DNA of 63,674 nt, counting the filler, from Octopus bimaculoides (taxonomy: Eukaryota): the NCBI RefSeq assembly GCF_001194135.2. It is 6 parts of 5 records of this genome, joined end to end, with 100 filler letters (N's around TTAATTAATTAA, not from the genome) between each part and the next. Parts side by side here need not be neighbours in the genome. Positions count along the whole stretch, not along the records: positions 46,698 to 57,697 come from NC_068996.1; positions 57,798 to 60,607 come from NC_068984.1; positions 60,708 to 63,674 come from NC_068984.1; 3 more parts are not named here. One strand, 5' to 3'. The translations under genes were made by a program, and so were the position numbers. This document shows, one piece after another, positions 49,788 through 62,370 of this stretch (its first letter is position 1; each line of letters starts with the position of its first letter). The notes beneath the pieces were generated by a model. That model was not told where the DNA came from and did not search any database. It saw nothing but the letters and a program-made list of their open reading frames with translations.

Positions 49788-50010
49788 TTCTTTTATTCTT
49801 TTACTTGTTTCAGTCATTTGGCTGTGGCCATGCTGGAGCACTGCCTTTAGTCAAACAAATCAATCCCAAGATTTATTCTTTGTAAGCCTAGTACTTGTTC
49901 TATTGGTCTCTTTCACCGAACCACTAAATTAAGGGAACAGAAACACACCAACATCGGTTGTCAAGTAATGGTGGAGGGGGTGCAAACACAGACATATAAA
50001 AATATATATA
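49788..50010 (-). mobile_element. SINE family B, 3' half (rest in gap)
   Basis: TTTTACTTGTTTCAGTCATTTGGCTGTGGCCATGCTGGAGCAC..., as at 17860. Confidence 0.82.
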
Positions 50011-50747
50011 NNNNNNNNNNNNNNNNNNNNNNNNNNNNNNNNNNNNNNNNNNNNNNNNNNNNNNNNNNNNNNNNNNNNNNNNNNNNNNNNNNNNNNNNNN
50101 NNNNNNNNNNNNNNNNNNNNNNNNNNNNNNNNNNNNNNNNNNNNNNNNNNNNNNNNNNNNNNNNNNNNNNNNNNNNNNNNNNNNNNNNNNNNNNNNNNNN
50201 NNNNNNNNNNNNNNNNNNNNNNNNNNNNNNNNNNNNNNNNNNNNNNNNNNNNNNNNNNNNNNNNNNNNNNNNNNNNNNNNNNNNNNNNNNNNNNNNNNNN
50301 NNNNNNNNNNNNNNNNNNNNNNNNNNNNNNNNNNNNNNNNNNNNNNNNNNNNNNNNNNNNNNNNNNNNNNNNNNNNNNNNNNNNNNNNNNNNNNNNNNNN
50401 NNNNNNNNNNNNNNNNNNNNNNNNNNNNNNNNNNNNNNNNNNNNNNNNNNNNNNNNNNNNNNNNNNNNNNNNNNNNNNNNNNNNNNNNNNNNNNNNNNNN
50501 NNNNNNNNNNNNNNNNNNNNNNNNNNNNNNNNNNNNNNNNNNNNNNNNNNNNNNNNNNNNNNNNNNNNNNNNNNNNNNNNNNNNNNNNNNNNNNNNNNNN
50601 NNNNNNNNNNNNNNNNNNNNNNNNNNNNNNNNNNNNNNNNNNNNNNNNNNNNNNNNNNNNNNNNNNNNNNNNNNNNNNNNNNNNNNNNNNNNNNNNNNNN
50701 NNNNNNNNNNNNNNNNNNNNNNNNNNNNNNATATATATGCCAATCTT

Positions 50748-51190
50748 TAACTGTGGAGGGAACCTGTGGTAGAGGTAGACCCATGAAGACACGAGATGAG
50801 GTGGTGAAGCATGATCTTCGAACTTTGAACCTCACAGACGCAATGACTAGTGACTGAGACCTTTGGCAATGTGCTCTGTTTAAGAGGACCCATCAAGCCA
50901 AGTGCACCAGTGTTAGTGGCAGGTAAGAAAATCAACCTTTGAATATTGGGCCTTATGAAGGCGAGCTGACTTAGTTCCTTTTGAGCATTGGGCACATGGA
51001 GGCAATGACCAAGACCTTTGGTAACATGTTGTGCTTGAGAAGAAGACCCATCAAGCCAGACAAAATCATAATCGTAGAAGATACCGGTGTCACACAAATG
51101 GCACCTGTGCTGGTGGCACGTAAAAGCACCCATTACACTTTCAGAGTGGTTGGTGTTAGAAAGGGCATCCAGCCATAGAAAATTATGACA
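50748..51190 (+). mobile_element. RTE LINE 3' end
   Basis: VEGTCGRGRPMKTRDEVVKHDLRTLNLT is an RTE-like C-terminus; the 3' UTR contains GAGTGGTTGGTGTTAGAAAGGGCATCCAGC. Confidence 0.8.
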
Positions 51191-51198
51191 AATCAGAC

Positions 51199-51655
51199 AT
51201 AGGTGCAGATGTGGCTGTGCGGTAAGAAGCTTGCCTGCCAATCATATGGTTCCAGGTTCAGTCTTGTTGCATGGCACTTTGGGTAAGTGTTTTCTACTAT
51301 AGCCTTGGGAGTAGATTTGGTAGACAGAAACTGAAATAATCCAAATGTATATATGTGTATGTGTATATATATTAATATATGTATATATTTATGTGAGTAT
51401 GTCTGAGTCCCCCCGCCCAACTTCAACCATTTCTTGACAACCGATGCTGGTGTGTTTCTGTCTCTGTAACTTAATGGTTCAGCAAAAGAGACCAAAAGAA
51501 TAAGTACTAGGCTTAAAAAGAAATAAGTACTGTGGTCAATACATTTGACTAAAGATCCTTACAAAGAATTAGTCCTGGGGTCAACTTCTTTGACTAAAGC
51601 CCTTTAATGGCTGCAGTCAAATGACTGAAACAAGTAAAAGAATAAAGGAATAAGA

Positions 51656-51657
<2 letters not shown>
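51199..51657 (+). mobile_element. SINE family B, degenerate full length
   Basis: AGGTGCAGATGTGGCTGTGCGGTAAGAAGC head through the GACTGAAACAAGTAAAAGAATAA tail. Confidence 0.82.
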
Positions 51658-51690
<33 letters not shown>

Positions 51691-52579
51691 NNNNNNNNNN
51701 NNNNNNNNNNNNNNNNNNNNNNNNNNNNNNNNNNNNNNNNNNNNNNNNNNNNNNNNNNNNNNNNNNNNNNNNNNNNNNNNNNNNNNNNNNNNNNNNNNNN
51801 NNNNNNNNNNNNNNNNNNNNNNNNNNNNNNNNNNNNNNNNNNNNNNNNNNNNNNNNNNNNNNNNNNNNNNNNNNNNNNNNNNNNNNNNNNNNNNNNNNNN
51901 NNNNNNNNNNNNNNNNNNNNNNNNNNNNNNNNNNNNNNNNNNNNNNNNNNNNNNNNNNNNNNNNNNNNNNNNNNNNNNNNNNNNNNNNNNNNNNNNNNNN
52001 NNNNNNNNNNNNNNNNNNNNNNNNNNNNNNNNNNNNNNNNNNNNNNNNNNNNNNNNNNNNNNNNNNNNNNNNNNNNNNNNNNNNNNNNNNNNNNNNNNNN
52101 NNNNNNNNNNNNNNNNNNNNNNNNNNNNNNNNNNNNNNNNNNNNNNNNNNNNNNNNNNNNNNNNNNNNNNNNNNNNNNNNNNNNNNNNNNNNNNNNNNNN
52201 NNNNNNNNNNNNNNNNNNNNNNNNNNNNNNNNNNNNNNNNNNNNNNNNNNNNNNNNNNNNNNNNNNNNNNNNNNNNNNNNNNNNNNNNNNNNNNNNNNNN
52301 NNNNNNNNNNNNNNNNNNNNNNNNNNNNNNNNNNNNNNNNNNNNNNNNNNNNNNNNNNNNNNNNNNNNNNNNNNNNNNNNNNNNNNNNNNNNNNNNNNNN
52401 NNNNNNNNNNNNNNNNNNNNNNNNNNNNNNNNNNNNNNNNNNNNNNNNNNNNNNNNNNNNNNNNNNNNNNNNNNNNNNNNNNNNNNNNNNNNNNNNNNNN
52501 NNNNNNNNNNNNNNNNNNNNNNNNNNNNNNNNNNNNNNNNNNNNNNNNNNNNNNNNNNNNNNNNNNNNNNNNNNNNNNN

Positions 52580-52612
<33 letters not shown>

Positions 52613-52902
52613 GTATTTGTGGGATGTTCAGGTTAAATTTGATGATGTCTTATGTCTGCCTTCTTTCAATGACAGCTTGATGTATTGGTGAACATTCAAC
52701 AGCATTGAAGAACATAATGATTAAGTTGTAGTTGTGAAAAAGCTGACATGAAGGACTGGAAACCATCTAACAATCGATCTTTTCAAATTTTATCACAAAG
52801 CAAGCATTTTCAGGGGAGGAGTAAGTCAATTACATCGACTCCACTTGTCAACTGGTACTTATTTTTATAAACTTTGAAAGGATGAAACACTAAGTCATCC
52901 TC

Positions 52903-53065
52903 TCTGAGTGGTTGGCGTTAGGAAGGGCATCCAGCTGTAGAAACTCTGCCAAATCAGACTGGAGCCTGGTGTTGCCATCCGGTTTCACCAGTCCTCAGTC
53001 AAATCGTCCAACCCATGCTAGCATGGAAAGCGGACGTTAAACGATGATGATGATGATGATGATGA
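52903..53065 (+). mobile_element. RTE-type 3' tail with (GAT)n
   Basis: GAGTGGTTGGCGTTAGGAAGGGCATCCAGCTGTAGAAACTCTGCC...GGACGTTAAACGATGATGATG. Confidence 0.85.
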
Positions 53066-53567
53066 ATGTGAAGACGGACAAAGCGCCAAACAGCATTTTA
53101 CTAGTAGAACATGGTAACAGTTCTACCAGTTTGTCACCTTAACCCATCTGAATATTGGAAAAGAGTTAGTTGTATCATGATGTTTTGTGCCAGGTATCAA
53201 AATGCTGACATTATGGCTACTGAACCTGGAGTGCAAGTGTCCGGCCTTGCAGCCAGGTACTTAATTTGTATAATACTCTCCTGTGGTTTCACCGTTTTCT
53301 CTTGCAACAAATTGTAAGTGAAAACGTTAATATTTTGTCAAGAAAAGGGGGAAATAATATATCGTGATATCTGGCTGCCCCCAGAAGAATATGTTTGCAG
53401 CAGAAGTGATTTACACTGTCATTATGTGTGAGATGTTTGCGTTACAGTTGTTTAGGCTTAAATATCTGGATATCAGTTCCACTGGCCTTTTCGTTCCAGT
53501 AGGTTACATGACCTCGTCATTAAACGAACCTGTTGTTTGTATTGGTCGGTTTCCAGCCGTCCAATCA

Positions 53568-54052
53568 TGTTGACGCAACAGTTTGTCTTTCCTTACACGG
53601 GAAATTAATCACCAGCTTCTGGGAGCCTGCTGATCTCTATAAGAATGGCAGCTCTCAACTGCTCTAGGTCTTTGGCATGCACCTCTGACCATATGTAGCT
53701 CGTCTCCAACAATGATGTATCTGACACCAGCCAGTCTCTACTTTTATCTTCTCCACCAGACTCCTGCTTACGTCATTGCTGTATGAACATCGCACGACCA
53801 ACAGACCAACGGCTGCTTCTACACACCACCAAACATTACATCGACTTTGTCTACAAAAGATCAACAGTTCAGCCTAACTACGAAGTTCTCTCACACATCT
53901 TTGTTGTAACCTGTTATGTTATTCTATTTCATGTATGGCAATCATTGTATTTTATAACGGAGAATAAACCGTCACTTACCAGTTCAGTTTTAACCTCACA
54001 TCGTATATCATGTTTCCATTTCCTTATCTATCATCTTCGTTATATGTTAACA
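53568..54052 (+). mobile_element. Solo LTR, 485 bp, 5-bp TSD
   Basis: AATCA|TGTTGAC...GTTAACA|AATCA; TATAAG at 53638 and AATAAA at 53963 lie in promoter-then-polyA order. Confidence 0.82.
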
Positions 54053-54389
54053 AATCAATTCGCAACCAACAATAGTGAAGTGTGAAAAACGATAGTCATG
54101 AAAGTACAGCATATCGAACACCTTTGATCACACATGCTAGAGAAAATTACATTAACAAAGCAATTTGCAAATAACAATGGTCATAAATTCAGTCATGAAT
54201 ATTGTTTCACGACAATTTTTTAAATCTATTTACCTAAACAGCTGATTGTGATAACTTTGTTATCTGTTCATTTTGGGAAAAACGTTTTTTTTTTTTATTT
54301 ATTAAAGACCTGTTAATTGTGAAAATATATGAAGTAGATGTGAAATTAACATTGTGTTATCAATTTCAATATTATATAACTGCGAGTAA

Positions 54390-56778
54390 CAGTTCTTTTT
54401 AACCATTTTTTTTTTTTTTTTTGTGCGTTCAAATTAAGTTAGTCTAGCCGAGGTTAAACCTACCTTTAGATTAGGGAATTGGAAGCTAGCAGCTGTCGCC
54501 ATGGTTATGCATGCGTTCCTAGTTTTTCTTTTGCTTTTATTAATAGTATTTCTATTACACTTATTCTTGGATTTAATGGTATTATTGTCAATGCGTTAGG
54601 TTCCCTGTTTTTCTTGCAGTCAACCATATCCATATTTTTATTTCCTTTTTCAGATCTTAATTTAATCATCATGTCAAAAAACAAAAGGAAATGGAATTAT
54701 GATTATGTGTGTTTTGGTTTTGCTTGCATGGGAAAAACAGGATTTACAAAAGCCACAGTGCATGCTTTGTGATACTGTGTTTTCTAATGCAAATTTGAAG
54801 CTGTCTAAGCTGCAAGGACTCTTCAACAACTGGCACAGTGGAGCCATGACACTGAATTGTTGAAAGCTAGAAGAGCCTGTGTTGATTCTCAAGTAACATT
54901 TCCAAAATTAAGTTTTGTGTCTGTTGACAAACCACAGCTGATGGCTTCGTACCAAGTGGTGTGTGTATAAAATAGCCAAATCCAAGAAACCCCATAGAAT
55001 TGCAGAAAGGCTTATCAAACCATCTGCATTAGAAATGGCAACAAATGTTCTGGGAAAAGAAGCAGGAAATAAGGTTATAATAATGTTGTTCAGAGCTAAA
55101 TTGGCTATTTGAGTTCGGATATTTTGGATCAAGTTATCTCATGTGTCAAGTTTAGTCTCTTGAAAATCTGTCTTCAGTTTGATAAAACAACTGGTGTTTC
55201 AAGTTGCTATCAGCTCATAGCTTTAGTGAGGTGTGTCAATGATGGTGCTGTAAAGGAAAATTTCCTCTTCTGTGAAGATCTAAAAACAACCGCTGAAGGA
55301 GAAGATGTGTTCCAGTTTGTGATAAACTTCTTTGCAAAGCATGATTTAACTATCCATATTATTGGTTCTGTGTGTACTGACAGTGCCCCTGCTATGCTAA
55401 GAAATAAATCTGGATTTTTTGCACTGGTGAAGCAGGAGATTTTGCACTTGCAAGGCACCCACTGTTTTTTTTTTTTTTTTCATTGTCATGCTTTGGCATC
55501 GAAAACATTGCCTCCAAAGTTGAAGAAAGTTCTCAACACTTCTGTAAAGACCATCAACTGGATCAGAAGTCATGCTCTGAACAACTGCCTCTTTAAGTCG
55601 ATTTGTTAAGATCTTGGAAACGAACATAGTTTTGCTTTTCCACACAGAAGTCTGCTGGCTTTCATGTGGGAGAGTTTTATCTTGCTTCTTCAAACTACGA
55701 GAAGAAATCAAATCTTTTCTGGAGGAACATGACTATGATTTACTTGGAGAGTTGGAATCACAAGAATTCAACCAAATGCTAGCTTATTTGACAGACGTTT
55801 TCACTGGTATGAATGCTCTGAGTCTGTCTCTTCAAGGAAATAAACATAAACATATTGAAACACTGTGAAGAGCTAAATGCTTTCAAAGAAAAATTAGCTC
55901 TTTTGTGTCAACAAGTGAAAAGAGTGAATCTATCAAATTTTCCATCACTTGAAGAAATGATCAATAATAATGAATCTATAATTCCTTGTATGCATGAAGA
56001 AATTGTGGATCATTTGGAAATGTCAAAGTTGTTTGATGGATATTTTGCAGCAGGAAAACTGGAAACTTCTGAAGAATGGATTATGAATCCACACTCCTTC
56101 AAATTGGATAATATGTCAGATGATGGGAAGCAGAAAAAGGATCTTAATGTGACTGCATGCAAATCAGGTTCTTGAAATGCAGTTTGAAAGCAAGACTTTG
56201 GAAGAGTATTGGTGTTCGGCTGCGGATATGTTTCCAAGACATGGTGAAAAAGCACCAGCTGCACTCATCCCATTTGCAACAACATTCTTATGTGAGTCTA
56301 GATTTAGTACTCTTTTGTCAATCAGGACAAAGTCTACAAATCATTTGAATGCACTGGCAAACATGTGGCTTGCTGTCAGCAACATAATGTCATGCTTTGA
56401 AGAACTCATCACCAAAAATCAGGAACAAAAGATTCATTAAACTTAAATTCATTTATGAACAGTTGAGCGTTAGTTCTTTTGATTTTCTATTTTATAAAAA
56501 TAAAATTTGTTTTAGTAAAATTTATTTTAATTTGTTATAATTTGTTGAGTTCTTTCGATTTTCTATTTTGTAAAAATAAAATTTGTTTTAGTAAAATTTA
56601 TTTTAATTTGTTATAATTTGTTTAGTTTGTATAAAAATCAAATATAAATATGTTGCTCAAATCTAGTGTAAGTTCACCCTCATTATCGTTAAATAAATTA
56701 TTAATTTTTTAAGGGGTGCAAAGACATCGTAAAAAATATTTTAGGAATGTGAGCATAACAAAAGGTTGGGAAACACTA
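54390..56778 (+). mobile_element. hAT transposon, Buster/Charlie group, decayed
   Basis: The right terminus AAGGTTGGGAAACACT at 56762-56777 is hAT-TIR-like; the left boundary is uncertain. A ~76-bp subterminal tandem duplication lies at 56470-56620. Confidence 0.8.
54670..56440 (+). pseudogene. Frameshifted Buster-type hAT transposase
   Basis: BED-finger remnant (KPQCMLCDTVFSNANLK.SKL), [42 protein letters not shown] and the dimerisation motif LIPFATTFLCESRFS. Confidence 0.9.
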
Positions 56779-56799
56779 TGTAAAGGTTATAAGACATGG

Positions 56800-57408
56800 A
56801 CATTATGAAGACCAAGTTCCTCCAAACTATAGTAGTCTTTTGCTGTGACATTCTGTTACCCCATATCTTTGAAAAGAGACTTAGGTTCAAGTCAGATGGC
56901 TAAGTGAAGCTGTGGTAGACTGCAGAGAAACTTTGGTTGGAGAGGGTTGCCACTGGAAGGTCATATGTGTGGCATAGGATTTGGTTCCTTGCCATAAGTC
57001 TGGAAAGAGTCAGAAGTAGTTGTTAGAGAATTTCTATAACTTCACCAGTCCCAGCTTTTGGCCAACTAATCCTTCTGATTGAATTTGCATGGGTTACTAT
57101 GTGTGGAGTGGGGTTGACAAAGACAACCGACCACTCTGCCTGTGACATCAAAGCTGAGCTGATAGCCAAGATCAAGAGGGTGTTGGAAGAACTTCCCAGG
57201 GGTACAGTGAGGAATGCATGGCATGCGTTCCAGGGCCATCTTGAGGCCATGCTAGAAGCTGAGAGTGGCTATTTTGAGTAAACTGTTACCTCCCAGCCAT
57301 AATCTAATTTGATATTTTTTGATTTTTTAAAAAACTTTTATTTTTGGATGGAATGATGTGTTTTCTTTTTCCTTTACACAAATTGCCAAATTTAGCCCAA
57401 ACACTCTG
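56800..57408 (+). mobile_element. maT (DD37D, Tc1/mariner) transposon, 3' part
   Basis: PHIFEK, WLERVATGRSYVW, ENFYNFTSPSFWPTNPSD and KAELIAKIKRVLEELPRGTVRNAW..HLEAMLEAESGYFE*; terminus ..CAAACACTCTG. Confidence 0.8.
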
Positions 57409-58472
57409 CATGCATGCACGCACGCACGCACACATGCATGCATGCATGTATGTATGCATGTATGTATGTATGTATGTATGTATGTATGTATGTATGTATG
57501 TATGTATGTATGTGTGTATGTATGTATGTATGTGTGTATGTATGTATGTATGTATGCATGTATATATGTATGTAAGGATGTATGTATGTATATATGTATG
57601 CATGCATCAATGTATGTATGCATACTTGCGTGTATGTATGTATCGCCTGTAAAAAAAACAAAGATCCGAAAAAAGAAGCACACTCTAAGATGTAGAGNNN
57701 NNNNNNNNNNNNNNNNNNNNNNNNNNNNNNNNNNNNNNNNNTTAATTAATTAANNNNNNNNNNNNNNNNNNNNNNNNNNNNNNNNNNNNNNNNNNNNATA
57801 TATATATATATATATATAATACAAATAATATGTGAGTATATGCATATATACGTACATGTATGTACATACCTACATCTACATGTATATATAGATGCATATC
57901 TGGGCACAAGACGTCCTGGCAATAATAACAATAAGTCTATCTGCGTGATAGTAATGTCTGCAGCTACATATGTTGTATATCGTCATACTGGTTCATGTGT
58001 GTATGTGTGAGCAGAGTGTGAAGCTTGTATGGTGTAAGTCAGATGCGCAAGTGGTGAAGTGATGCAAAGTAAACAATTTTGCAACACTCCAGATTACATA
58101 AGGCCGCCAGTATCATTGTGAAAATGAAAGCCATTGTGTGAATGAAAGTCAGCATCATTTCTGTCTTTGTGCGACTGTCTCTTTGCCATTCTTCCGTGGA
58201 CAGAAAAAGCTGGCAGAAAATGTGGTGTTCATCTAGCTTTTAATCAACCTAAAATTTATCACACAAAAAAAGTATGTACAGTTTCAGTCCAATGCGAGTC
58301 AGGTGTAGAATATCAGATTTCATTACAAACCATTATATAGAATCTATGACTGACAACGCATTCTATTCTCGAGCAAACATCATCATTTTTGACCGGTACT
58401 ATGCTATTTTATATATATAAATATAGATATAAATATAAATGTATATGTGTGTGTATATATATATATATATAA

Positions 58473-58760
58473 ATTTAAGGAATGGAGTGAACGCATGTTA
58501 TAACTGCATACTTTATTCCGACATATGTTTCGAAGAATTACAATTTATGCGATCCATAGGAATCGTCGATAAAATAAATACTAGTTCTCATACTCGGTCA
58601 TAATTTCTTACGTTTAAGATGATCCCCATACATTTCCCTGAGGAGAAGTTTACATTTTTAACATCGACGATTCCTATGGATCGCATAAATTGTAATTCTT
58701 CGAAACATATGTCGGAATAAAGTATGCAGTTATAACATGCGTTCACTCCATTCCTTAAAT
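58473..58760. repeat. Perfect 98-bp inverted repeat (58473-58570, 58663-58760) with 92-bp spacer
   Basis: I found no mismatch on base-by-base comparison of the two arms. Confidence 0.95.
58627..58726 (+). ncRNA. Type I hammerhead ribozyme (predicted)
   Basis: Stem I TTCC/GGAA plus CATAC/GTATG; core CTGAGGA at 58638-58644; stem II GAAG/CTTC extended by TTACA/TGTAA; GAAA at 58702-58705; C-ATAT-G stem III; GTC triplet at 58711-58713. Confidence 0.85.
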
Positions 58761-59352
58761 GTATATATACTCAAATACCCAAAATATCAAAAACAGGAAT
58801 TACACCACAGTTATTTTGTGATCTTTGCTACCCTGGTTTCTATTAACCCATTTATTCTATCCGAATTATCATTAATTAGGATAAAATAAATACTAGTTCT
58901 CATACTCGGTCATAATTTCTTACGTTTANNNNNNNNNNNNNNNNNNNNNNNNNNNNNNNNNNNNNNNNNNNNNNNNNNNNNNNNNTATATATATGTACTT
59001 ACCTGCACATAAGACATAAATGTATCCATACACATACATAACATACACTACATACATGTAAACATACACACACTCACATACACACAACACAACACATACA
59101 CACACACATACACACACTTACATGCCGACATTCATACACGCACATTCGTGTGAGTGTTTGCTTTTGTTTATTGTGAAACGAAGTTAAATAACTACAAAGT
59201 AAATATCAATATATGAAGAAAAAATAAAATAAAAAAAATAACAAAAATGCGCGACACAAAAGTATGTATGTAGAGAGGAATAGGAAATACAAAATATATA
59301 TATATATAAATATATATACACACAAAAAGAATTATACTACTACTACAGCAAT

Positions 59353-59467
<115 letters not shown>

Positions 59468-59968
59468 TCTGACTTTTGACACGAGCCAATAATGATATAA
59501 TGTATGTTCGGTGAGCAGGGTGTATTATTTGTATTGGCTGGGAATTAATCTTTATGCTCAGACGTCAAGTGAATTTTCAACTTTGAATGGCAATGTTGGT
59601 CCAACCTGCTGCCTGAACGTCTTGCCTAGTCTGTCTCTGTCTATTTCTGTCTGTCAGTCTCTCCTTTCTTTTCTCTCTCTCCCCCACCCCTCTTTTTCGA
59701 ACTGTTGCTCAACTGCTTTTGTTTGTCTATGTGTCTTCCTCCTTGCTCTCTCTGTCTCTCTCTTTCTCTCTCTCCCATTTACTGTCTGCCTGTCTCTCTG
59801 TCTTTCTATATTATGTTCGCTTGCCTAAATAGCTTTTGTCGTTTCTCACTCCTTTTTACCTTTGCTCTCTTTTATATTCCTCTTTACTCTTCTTTTCTCT
59901 TTCACTCTCTATCTTATGTCTTCCTACTTGTCCTCGCTCGCGTGTTTCCCGCTCTCTGAATTCTTTCA

Positions 59969-60017
<49 letters not shown>

Positions 60018-60183
60018 AGTTTCTCTCTCTCTTTCCCTTTCTCTCTTGTTTCATTTTCTCAATCTTTTGTCGACTTGACAATTCGTCTGTCTCTCTGTCT
60101 GCTTGTCTGCTTGTCTCCCTGTCCATTTGGTGACTAATTTTTGTTTCAGCTGTCAATCATATATATGTATATATATATATATG

Positions 60184-60219
<36 letters not shown>

Positions 60220-60345
60220 CATACATGTGTTTTGTGTATATCTGTATGCGTGTATACATAAACACACGTATACACAGACATACACACAGACACACACACA
60301 TATATATATATATATACATACGTATATCAATATCTATAAAACAGA

Positions 60346-60392
<47 letters not shown>

Positions 60393-61378
60393 GTGTGTAC
60401 GTGAATGTGGTTTATGCACGTCCACAAATTAGCACGCATGTCACTCCAATTTTAGGAGAAGATTCGGAATGACCCTATGTGCATTTTAGTGAACTTTCTC
60501 TCTCAGAGGTACCCGCGTATACCTGTAAAAATCGATAAACTTTTACCAATTTTGAAGTTTGTTGACATGGCGAAGTAAAATCTGTGCGTACGCGCTGAAG
60601 TAGAGAGNNNNNNNNNNNNNNNNNNNNNNNNNNNNNNNNNNNNNNNNNNNNTTAATTAATTAANNNNNNNNNNNNNNNNNNNNNNNNNNNNNNNNNNNNN
60701 NNNNNNNCTCACCTATTGATATTCTTCAATATTTTTTTCTCCCCATAAACAAATTTTATGGAATGATGATGTCAAAGTGTAGAAATAAATTATCCTCATA
60801 TAATGGATGTAATGTACATATAATTTGACGCTAAATAACATTAATCATTTATCAGGGCCAGTCGGTCAGTACAACGATTCCACTGGTACCAAATTTTGTT
60901 TAATGGGTGAAAATCTATTTGACCAACAGACGACATTCACCAGCGACAACAGAAACGGAAAAAAAACCTATTAAATTATTAACTTTGACAATTGCCCAGG
61001 AATCAAATAATAATGAGGATACACATGATGATTGTAGTGGGGGAGTAGTGGGATGAGTGGTAGGATAACATAAATCACCTCCTAGCTAGCAGACTTACTC
61101 TGTGACCTTAGAGTGTGTAAGCAAGGGGAAAGAGATGCAAGATGAAGAAGAGGGGAAAAAATCTAATAGGAGTAGTAGTTGTGCCCTAAAGAGTTAAAGT
61201 GGAAATAAAGAATTTAAGAGTAAACTTTAGAAAATGGTGAGGAGAACTATGTTAGAACAAATATGGCTTCGGTGAATTGAAAATATATATGTGAAAAACA
61301 TAAGAGAATAAGGAAACAGAAACAAACCAAAGACGATGAATAAATAAATAGATAGATCTTCTTCTTCTTCTTCTTCTT

Positions 61379-61409
<31 letters not shown>

Positions 61410-61426
61410 ATCATCATCATCACCAC

Positions 61427-61465
<39 letters not shown>

Positions 61466-61959
61466 TATCATCATCATCATCATCACTATCATCATCATCG
61501 TCGTCGTCGTCGTCTACGCCTCCTCCCCGTACTCCTCCTCCTCCTCCTCATCATCATCATCATCCTCCGCCTCCTCCTCCTCCTTCTTTCTTTTTATTTC
61601 CCTCTCCCCATTAGAACCTCAACCCTACTTACTCATCCCATTACCACACTTTTATTTACTTTTTGTTTCCTCCCAGTATAAGGTGAAAAGACAAATAGAT
61701 AAGCTATACAGCACATGGTGTCTGGATGGATAACTGAACTGGTCATTGTATATACGTTCATATATGTATATGTATATACGCGTCCGTATACGTGAATATT
61801 CGTATGTTTGTTTATATATATATATATATGTAATTATGTACAATTCTTGGTATATTTCATTGACGAAGGCAAAGTATTTCTATACAGAGCCAGAAACCCA
61901 GGGTCTGGAATTATCCAATTTTTACTAGTTTATTTATCTGACTTTTAGAGTCAGGTTTT

Positions 61960-62370
61960 GGCTGCTATTTCACGCATGGCAGTAAAATCTGTCCAATACA
62001 CCGCCACAAATTTTTCGCCAAATTTGGCAAAAATACTCATAACCCTAACCCTAACCCTAACCCTAAAACCCGAACCCTAAATCAAAAAACCCGAACCCTA
62101 ACCCTAAAACCCGAACCCTAACCCTAAATAAAACCAGTACAAACGTACGAACGATGTCATAAATAACAGTACCGCCGATAGTTGTTGTTGACAAACAACA
62201 GCACTAATTTTATTCTAGGGAAAAGATCCCATTACACCGTCACAACGTGTTGTTGACAATCCATAGCAGTAATTGTTTCACCTCAATAGACGTCAGTGAT
62301 TGGTTGAAATTACCGAAATACGACAACTTTTAACATGAAATAACTTCGAATATAAATTTTTTTTTCTCTG
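61960..62370. mobile_element. Probable non-autonomous element carrying degenerate (TAACCC)n
   Basis: TAACCC/CCCGAA/CCCTAAA repeats at 62041-62130, embedded in non-microsatellite sequence with a GTTGTT..AACAAC hairpin before a CTAG. Confidence 0.45.

Noticed and set aside
62041-62130. True chromosome end
   Set aside because: A short, degenerate tract with ordinary sequence on both sides.
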